From an uncultured Candidatus Actinomarina sp. (GTDB taxonomy: Bacteria; Actinomycetota; Acidimicrobiia; Actinomarinales; Actinomarinaceae), in assembly GCA_902526825.1 (NCBI GenBank), contig CABZMN010000004.1:5803-69802 (forward strand): a DNA stretch of 64,000 nucleotides. The letters are read 5' to 3'. Position 1 is the stretch's first letter. The number at the start of each line of letters is the position of its first letter. The notes below the pieces were generated by a model. It saw only the letters and a program-made list of their open reading frames with translations. It was not told the origin of the DNA and did no database searches. Position numbers and translations under genes: made by a program. Below are positions 58,025 through 64,000 of the stretch, piece after piece.

Positions 58025-59287
58025 ATGAGTAATTCAGACCTTTTTGAGTCAAACATGTATAAAGAGGTCATTAAGCAATATGATGAAGTAACAGAGTTTA
58101 TTAATCTTGATTCGAACATTAGAGAAAGATTAAAACTTCCCCAAAGAGCACTAACAGTTACATTTCCCTTTAGAAGAGATGAATATGATGAGGTAGAAAC
58201 TGTAATTGGATACCGAGTACAACATGTCTTATCAATGGGACCAACAAAAGGTGGTATTAGATATGCTTCGAATGTGAATTTAGGAGAGGTTACAGCATTA
58301 GCAATTTTGATGTCATGGAAGTCAGCAATTGTTGGTTTACCTTATGGTGGAGCAAAGGGTGGTGTTGCAATTGACCCAACCCCTCTTTCAAAACAAGAGA
58401 AACAAAGGGTTACAAGAAGATACACAGCTGAGTTGTTGCCAGTAATTGGCGTTGACAAGGACATCCCTGGTCCAGATCTTGGAACAGATGAACAGACTAT
58501 GGCATGGATCATGGATACATACAGTAATTTTGTTGGCTCACCGCAACCAGGAATTGTAACTGGTAAACCAGCTTCACTTGGAGGCTCTATCACAAGAAGA
58601 GAAGCAACCGGTAGAGGAGTTGTAGCTATTGCAAACGCAGCTTTAGATAAATTAAATTTAAAATATGAAAACTCAACAGTTGTTATCCAAGGATTTGGAA
58701 ATGTTGGTAGGTATGCGGCTCTTGACTCGTACGAAAGAGGAGCAAAAGTAATTGCTGTAAATGATTTAGGTGGTGCTATTTATAATAAGAATGGAATTAA
58801 TATTCCCGAACTCTTTAAGCACATAGCTAAAAACAAATCTGTAAAAGATTTTGATGGTGCAGATAATTTTGACGAGGAAATATTGGAAATTGAATGTGAT
58901 ATTTTAATTCCTGCTGCTGTTGGAGGTGTTATCAAATCAAATAACGCAGACAATATCAAAGCAAAAATTATTGTTGAGGGAGCAAATTCACCAACAACCC
59001 TGAGTGCGGATAAAATATTAAGGGATAATGGAGTTTTACTAATACCCGATATTCTTGCAAATGCAGGGGGTGTTACTGCCAGTTATTTTGAATGGGTCCA
59101 AAATACACAGAATTATTTATGGAAAGAAAAAGAATTACACGATCGATTGATCGATGTTCTGATCTCAGCCTTTGAAGAGGTATGGATTATTTCTGAAAAG
59201 AATAAAGTTGACTTAAGAACAGCTGCTTTAATTAAAGGAATTAAAAAAGTTGCTGCTGCAAAATTAACTAGAGGATTATTTCCGTAA
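58025..59287 (+). CDS. gdhA: Glutamate dehydrogenase (Glu/Leu/Phe/Val family)
   Basis: GPTKGGIRY, MSWK, GGAKGG, DIPGPD, VTGKP, QGFGNVG, EGAN, NAGGV..SYFEW. Confidence 0.93.
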   Translation: MSNSDLFESNMYKEVIKQYDEVTEFINLDSNIRERLKLPQRALTVTFPFRRDEYDEVETVIGYRVQHVLSMGPTKGGIRYASNVNLGEVTALAILMSWKSAIVGLPYGGAKGGVAIDPTPLSKQEKQRVTRRYTAELLPVIGVDKDIPGPDLGTDEQTMAWIMDTYSNFVGSPQPGIVTGKPASLGGSITRREATGRGVVAIANAALDKLNLKYENSTVVIQGFGNVGRYAALDSYERGAKVIAVNDLGGAIYNKNGINIPELFKHIAKNKSVKDFDGADNFDEEILEIECDILIPAAVGGVIKSNNADNIKAKIIVEGANSPTTLSADKILRDNGVLLIPDILANAGGVTASYFEWVQNTQNYLWKEKELHDRLIDVLISAFEEVWIISEKNKVDLRTAALIKGIKKVAAAKLTRGLFP

Positions 59288-60247
59288 AAATTCTTCTATA
59301 TCTTTAATTATTTTATTTTTTGTAATATTCAATTCTTCCAAATTTTTATTGATTTCATCAAGATTTGTATTTTTTAGTGGACTGTTATCAGGAAGATTAT
59401 CTAAACCTCCAACTAAATTTATAGCTTCTAATGTTTCATTAATTTCATCTATTTTTTCATTACAATTTTCTAGCTCAACTGTACTTGGTGCGTTTTTATT
59501 AAACTCTGGGCAAATTGGTTTGTAGTAACACCAATCACATAATGTATTTTTGATTGTTGGGAAATTGTTACTTTCAAATGCAACTTTAATATCATTCCAT
59601 ATCTCTAAAATCTCTTTTTCAGCATTTTTAAGCATTTCTTCATCTACTTTCATTGTGTGAATAGTTGAGTTTTGTAAATAAATTAACTTTAATTCAACTG
59701 GTGTTTCACCAATTTCATTTTTGATCAATAACGCATACAACTTTAATGCAAAAAATCTTGGTTCTTTGTATTTAGCATTTGGAGCTTTTCCAGATTTGTA
59801 ATCTACAATAATTAATTCACCTTTTTCATTTCTATCCATCCGGTCTAATATTCCACGTAAATTTAAATCCTCTATAGTGCCTCTAACCCATCTTTCTCTC
59901 TCTAAAGGATCAAATAACGCAGGATTTTCAAGAGTTAAGTAATTAGAAAGAAGCTTTAATCCATCTAATCCCCATTCCCTCTCTTCGGATTGATTATTAA
60001 ATAGATGAACATGTTCATCACTTGCTCGTACATCTGTCCATACTTTCCTGAATAAATTATGAAGATTTTCTAGATTTCTTTCTTCTTTAGGTAAATCAAA
60101 TATTTTTTCTAAAGCTTCGTGTACAGTTATTCCTTTTGCTTGTACTTCATTAGTTGGCTCTTTAATTTTGTCAATATTCGCAAACTTAAATTGTTTAGGG
60201 CAAGTTTTAAATTGGGATGCTCTTGATGGTGATAAATTTTTAATCAT
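59276..60247 (-). CDS. RecB-family PD-(D/E)XK nuclease with Fe-S staple cysteines (Cas4/AddB-like)
   Basis: LSPS....FKTCP, G..VHEALE, RGILDRMD, IVDYKSG, LYA, CDWCYYKPICP. Confidence 0.88.
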   Translation of the reverse strand: MIKNLSPSRASQFKTCPKQFKFANIDKIKEPTNEVQAKGITVHEALEKIFDLPKEERNLENLHNLFRKVWTDVRASDEHVHLFNNQSEEREWGLDGLKLLSNYLTLENPALFDPLERERWVRGTIEDLNLRGILDRMDRNEKGELIIVDYKSGKAPNAKYKEPRFFALKLYALLIKNEIGETPVELKLIYLQNSTIHTMKVDEEMLKNAEKEILEIWNDIKVAFESNNFPTIKNTLCDWCYYKPICPEFNKNAPSTVELENCNEKIDEINETLEAINLVGGLDNLPDNSPLKNTNLDEINKNLEELNITKNKIIKDIEEFLRK

Positions 60248-60298
60248 ATATAAATCATAACTATTTAATGTTTATTTTATTGTCAAGTAATCTTTGTC

Positions 60299-60307
60299 TG
60301 TGGATAA
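60299..60307 (-). promoter_or_regulatory. Perfect DnaA box (TTATCCACA)
   Basis: Plus-strand TGTGGATAA in the 216-bp divergent intergenic region. Confidence 0.4.
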
Positions 60308-60463
60308 GTTTTTAAAAATTTTACAAATACTTGGAGTTCTATCATTTGTTTTGTACTTCATTGTTGCTATTTTATACAATTCTGCCAGCTGGTATAACTA
60401 TATATTTGGTGGTTAATCAAGGATGTTATTTTTGTTATATCCCATATCAGTTAAAGTAATTTA

Positions 60464-61537
60464 ATGATCGATTCAAAAATAAACGTTGCAATTTTAGGTG
60501 TAGGAAACTGTGCTAGCTCTTTTGTACAGGGACTTGAATATTATAAAAGTGAACAAGATGAAAATGGATTAATTTCAGATGTAATTGGTGGCTATCGTGT
60601 TTCAGATATTGAAGTTGTTTCTGCCTTTGATATTAATAAATCAAAAGTAGGAAGTGACTTATCGGAAGCAATATTTGAAGAACCAAACAACACTGTAAAA
60701 TTCGCCGAAGTACCTAACTTAGGTGTAAACGTAAAACCAGGTAAAGTTCTTGACGGTATTGGTAAATTTGTAGAAGACATTATTGACCCTACTGAAGATT
60801 CAGAAAATGTCATTAAAGATTTAAAAGAATCTGGTGCGGAAATATTAATAAATTTACTTCCGGTAGGGTCTGATGAGGCAGTTAAATTTTATGCTGATTG
60901 TGCGATTGCCGCAAATGTTGGATTTATAAATTGTATCCCTGTTTTTATTGCTCGAGATGAAGAATGGTATAAAAAGTTTAAAGACAATAATGTCCCACTT
61001 ATTGGAGATGATATTAAAAGTCAAGTTGGTGCAACAATTGTTCACAGAGTTTTAGCTCAATTATTTTCTGATAGAGGAGTTAATTTAAAAAGATCTTATC
61101 AGTTGAACGTGGGTGGAAATATGGATTTTCTTAACATGCTTGAGGAGGATCGTCTTGAAACAAAAAGAACAAGTAAAACTTCTTCAGTTACATCTGTTGC
61201 AAACAAAGGTAAAGGAATGGATCCAAAAAATGTCAGAATTGGTCCATCAGATTATGTTGAATGGCTTGAAGATAGAAAAAAAGCGTTTATTCGCTTGGAG
61301 GGTGAATCATTTGGAGGAGTACCTCTTAATATAGAAGTTCAATTAGAAGTATGGGATTCACCAAACAGTGCAGGTGTAGTAATTGATGCTGTTAGATATA
61401 TGAAATTTTTTAAAGATGCAAATGATTTAGAATCTCTTGATTTAGTATCAGCTTGGTTAATGAAGGCTCCTGCAAAAGCTGCAAAAGATTCTGATACTTT
61501 AAAGAAGTTACATGAACTTACACATAAAGAAGATTAA
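60464..61537 (+). CDS. ino1: Myo-inositol-1-phosphate synthase
   Basis: GVGNCASS, LPVGS, GDDIKSQVGAT, QLNVGGNMDF, WDSPNSAG. Confidence 0.95.
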   Translation: MIDSKINVAILGVGNCASSFVQGLEYYKSEQDENGLISDVIGGYRVSDIEVVSAFDINKSKVGSDLSEAIFEEPNNTVKFAEVPNLGVNVKPGKVLDGIGKFVEDIIDPTEDSENVIKDLKESGAEILINLLPVGSDEAVKFYADCAIAANVGFINCIPVFIARDEEWYKKFKDNNVPLIGDDIKSQVGATIVHRVLAQLFSDRGVNLKRSYQLNVGGNMDFLNMLEEDRLETKRTSKTSSVTSVANKGKGMDPKNVRIGPSDYVEWLEDRKKAFIRLEGESFGGVPLNIEVQLEVWDSPNSAGVVIDAVRYMKFFKDANDLESLDLVSAWLMKAPAKAAKDSDTLKKLHELTHKED

Positions 61538-62802
61538 ATTTTCTCCAAAGCGTTATTAAAGATATCCATTGCCTCTCTTACTTGATTTAATGGTGTAGTT
61601 AAAGGACCCATAAACCTTATAACGTTTCCCTCTTTTCCACAGTTCACAAGAAGCAATCCGTTCTTCTTTGAATTACTTATGATTTTCATAGCTAATTCTT
61701 TAGATGAAGTTTTATTTTCTTTATTTTCGACAATTTCTACGCCCTTCATTATTCCATAACCCCTAACATCTCCAACAAACCCAAAATTTTCTTTCATGAT
61801 TTCAAGGGATTTCTCCATTATCAATTCCTGTTTGTGTACTTTTTCTAGGAGATTGTCTTTATCAAAAACATCTAGAACTCCAAGAGCAGCAGCACATGAA
61901 ATTGGTGAAGCACCAAATGTACTACCAATTCCAGCATCATGAACAGAGTCCATAATCTTAGATTTTCCAACAACAGCCGCAAGAGGAAATCCTCCACCTA
62001 TACCTTTAGCTAAAGTAACCATGTCAGGTTCAACATTTACTTTTGTTGCACCAAACATTTCGCCAGTTCTTCCAAATCCTGTTTGAACCTCATCAAAAAT
62101 TAACAAAATGTTATACTTTTTCGTTATCTCTCTGAGTTTTTTAAGAAACCTTTTAGAAGCAGGAATGTATCCTCCTTCACCTAGTTGAATTTCAACAACT
62201 ATTGCAGCAATATCATTAGGGTCAATTTTTTTTGAAATTAAGTTTTGAAGTTGGTTTAAAACTTTATCATCAGATATGCCTCTGTAATCATATGGAAAAT
62301 CAATATGTCTTATAAATTTAGGAAAGGGACCAAATCCTTCTTTATATGGTTTTTCTTTGCCAGTTAAACCCATAGCTAAGTAAGTTCTCCCATGAAAACC
62401 CCCTTTGAATGCAATTATTTTTTCTCTGCCAGTTGCATACCTTGCTATTTTTATTGCATTTTCTACAGCTTCAGCTCCACTATTAACAAGAAAGGTCTTT
62501 GTTTTTTGTTTTATAGGATATCTTTTATTTATTTGGTCACAAAGTTCAACCGCATTTTCATGTGGTGCAAACGCAAAGCATGAATGTGAGTAGTCATTTA
62601 ATTGTTTTTTAACTCTTTTCACAACTCTTGGATTTAAATGTCCAGTATTTAGAACGGCATATCCACCTACAAAATCTAAGAAACGGTTATTATCTCTATC
62701 CCAAATTTCAGCATTTTTGCCTTTAGATATGAATGAATCCATTGTTGGGTACCATGCAGATGGAACATTTTCTCTAATTGAGCTCATATTCTGTGAAGAC
62801 AT
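61534..62802 (-). CDS. gabT: 4-aminobutyrate aminotransferase (class III PLP)
   Basis: LDFVGGYAVLNTGH, NSGAEAVENAIKIAR, FHGRT, GEGG, DEVQTGFGRTG, AKGIGGG. Start set at ATG 62802. Confidence 0.82.
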   Translation of the reverse strand: MSSQNMSSIRENVPSAWYPTMDSFISKGKNAEIWDRDNNRFLDFVGGYAVLNTGHLNPRVVKRVKKQLNDYSHSCFAFAPHENAVELCDQINKRYPIKQKTKTFLVNSGAEAVENAIKIARYATGREKIIAFKGGFHGRTYLAMGLTGKEKPYKEGFGPFPKFIRHIDFPYDYRGISDDKVLNQLQNLISKKIDPNDIAAIVVEIQLGEGGYIPASKRFLKKLREITKKYNILLIFDEVQTGFGRTGEMFGATKVNVEPDMVTLAKGIGGGFPLAAVVGKSKIMDSVHDAGIGSTFGASPISCAAALGVLDVFDKDNLLEKVHKQELIMEKSLEIMKENFGFVGDVRGYGIMKGVEIVENKENKTSSKELAMKIISNSKKNGLLLVNCGKEGNVIRFMGPLTTPLNQVREAMDIFNNALEKI

Positions 62803-62862
62803 AGATTTTACTGTAACTGAAATACCATAAATACTCAATTTAATAGCTATTAAAATGAATAA

Positions 62863-63234
62863 ATGGAAACAAGTACTTTAAACCTTATAGGAACAGTCAG
62901 TGCTGCAATTTGTGGAATCAGTGGCTTGATCATGCTGACAATGAATTTCATAAAAAACTATCAAAGTAAAAAAATTGGAAATACTTTAATATTTGTATCA
63001 GTCATTTCATTGATAATTCAATCATTGCTTGTTTCATATACGTATACATTAAATGAAGATATTGGCTCTTTTTATTTATTTTATGCTGTAGTTGTACTAT
63101 TCACACTTACATTTTTGTACGTTTATAGATTACAAATGAATGAAAAATATTATCTATATTGGGGTATTGCTTTGCTTTATCTCATGGGTCTTGAAATGAG
63201 AACAATAAATACTATAGGAGAATATCTAAACTAA
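62863..63234 (+). CDS. Hypothetical 4-TM membrane protein
   Basis: Four hydrophobic segments; TAAAAT box 6 nt upstream of the ATG. Confidence 0.7.
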   Translation: METSTLNLIGTVSAAICGISGLIMLTMNFIKNYQSKKIGNTLIFVSVISLIIQSLLVSYTYTLNEDIGSFYLFYAVVVLFTLTFLYVYRLQMNEKYYLYWGIALLYLMGLEMRTINTIGEYLN

Positions 63235-63941
63235 TGATCGCTAAAATTCTTTCTGATAATTTAACTTATGCTCAAGTTAATTCTGAGAATCCAAACATTT
63301 GTTTTCTACACGGTTGGGGCGGAGAAAGTAATAACTGGAAAAATATTTCAAAAGAATTTGAGTCCATTGTTATTGACATTCCAGGATTTGGAAAATCAGT
63401 TCCATTTGAGCAAAGCGGACCACCTGAGTTTTATGCAGAATATTTAGTTGAATTAATTCCAGATTCTGTAGATGTAATTGTTGGCCACTCATTTGGTGGA
63501 ACGATCGCTGTACATTTATCTCAATTAAAAAATTATAAAAAAATAGTTGTAATTGGATCACCTCTTATAAGGTCACCTCTTCAACCAAACCCTTTTTCTT
63601 TATTTAAATTATTTAAATTATTAAATAAATTAAACATTATTAGTGATCAAAGAATGGAAAAGATTAAAAAAAATTATGGCTCTGAAGATTATAAAAACGC
63701 CAATAGGGATTTGAGAGATACGCTAGTTAAGGCTGTAAATCATAATATGTCTGAAATTCTTCCAAAAATAAATACACATGTACAACTTGTGTATGGAGAG
63801 CATGACTTAATTGCTCCACTTGAAAATGGAAAAATTGCTGACAGTCTAATTCCTGATTCAGAATTAACAGTGTTGCTAAAAGAAAATCATTTTTGTTTGG
63901 ATACCTCAAAAGATCAGATTATTGAGATAATTAAAAGATGA
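63234..63941 (+). CDS. Alpha/beta hydrolase
   Basis: LHGWG, DIPGFG, GHSFGG nucleophile elbow, GEHD, H. Confidence 0.9.
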   Translation: MIAKILSDNLTYAQVNSENPNICFLHGWGGESNNWKNISKEFESIVIDIPGFGKSVPFEQSGPPEFYAEYLVELIPDSVDVIVGHSFGGTIAVHLSQLKNYKKIVVIGSPLIRSPLQPNPFSLFKLFKLLNKLNIISDQRMEKIKKNYGSEDYKNANRDLRDTLVKAVNHNMSEILPKINTHVQLVYGEHDLIAPLENGKIADSLIPDSELTVLLKENHFCLDTSKDQIIEIIKR

Positions 63942-64000
63942 ATTTAATCTCTATCGCCACATTAGTGATAATAACTATTGGAACATGTTTCAATGCAATT
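63938..64000 (+). CDS. Start of a further CDS truncated by the window edge (hydrophobic N-terminus)
   Basis: ATGA overlap with the hydrolase stop; MNLISIATLVIITIGTCFNAI is open to the end of the window. Confidence 0.55.
   Translation, partial: MNLISIATLVIITIGTCFNAI

Noticed and set aside
57812-58052. Longer starts for the 211-aa and 75-aa minus-strand ORFs
   Set aside because: The RBS supports ATG 57811, and a -10 box supports ATG 57941; the longer versions overlap each other and gdhA.
59276-60247. CRISPR-associated Cas4
   Set aside because: There are no cas1/cas2 genes or repeat-spacer array in the window.
60251-60290. dif-like site (CATAA...TTGTCAAGT)
   Set aside because: Arm spacing and the XerD half-site do not fit the 11-6-11 consensus.
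1702-63909. Numerous 60-165 aa ORFs nested antisense or out of frame within assigned genes
   Set aside because: They lie within well-supported CDSs and have no recognisable motifs; they are expected shadow ORFs.

Overview
Gene-dense, very AT-rich (about 30% GC by eye) bacterial chromosome segment with tiny or overlapping intergenic spaces. The F420-related genes (cofC, PPOX-class oxidoreductase), ino1, gatCAB, gltX with tRNA-Glu/Gln/Glu, and widespread apparently leaderless starts point to a streamlined low-GC marine actinobacterium such as Ca. Actinomarina (inference). Most of the window is housekeeping and central metabolism: gltB, deoC-ALDH, murA, iscS-mnmA-ligA, dapDE-gatCAB, ilvE, gltX, pyk, folD, ychF, K+/H+ antiport, tatA, maltodextrin enzymes, beta-oxidation, gdhA, ino1 and gabT. 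I see no CRISPR array, rRNA, integrase or transposase. Highlights: (1) A divergent acyl-CoA cluster at 48.7-56.0 kb combines a [4Fe-4S]/FAD 4-hydroxybutyryl-CoA dehydratase resembling the thaumarchaeal Hcd with an ACAD10/11 (LvaA/LvaC)-type kinase plus acyl-CoA dehydrogenase pair. That would be two chemically different routes for 4-hydroxyacyl-CoA catabolism, with gabT and gdhA nearby. (2) A phage-like three-gene module (38-aa Cys/His peptide, unknown protein, Rad52/Sak-family annealase) sits in the backbone with no prophage context. (3) A candidate ~65-nt stem-closed ncRNA at 6759-6824 has its own -10 box. (4) Also notable are a split ALDH16-like pair behind a DERA-type deoC, a proteobacterial-type ychF, and a 45-aa tatA missed by the ORF track. 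All family assignments come from motif recognition, not database searches.
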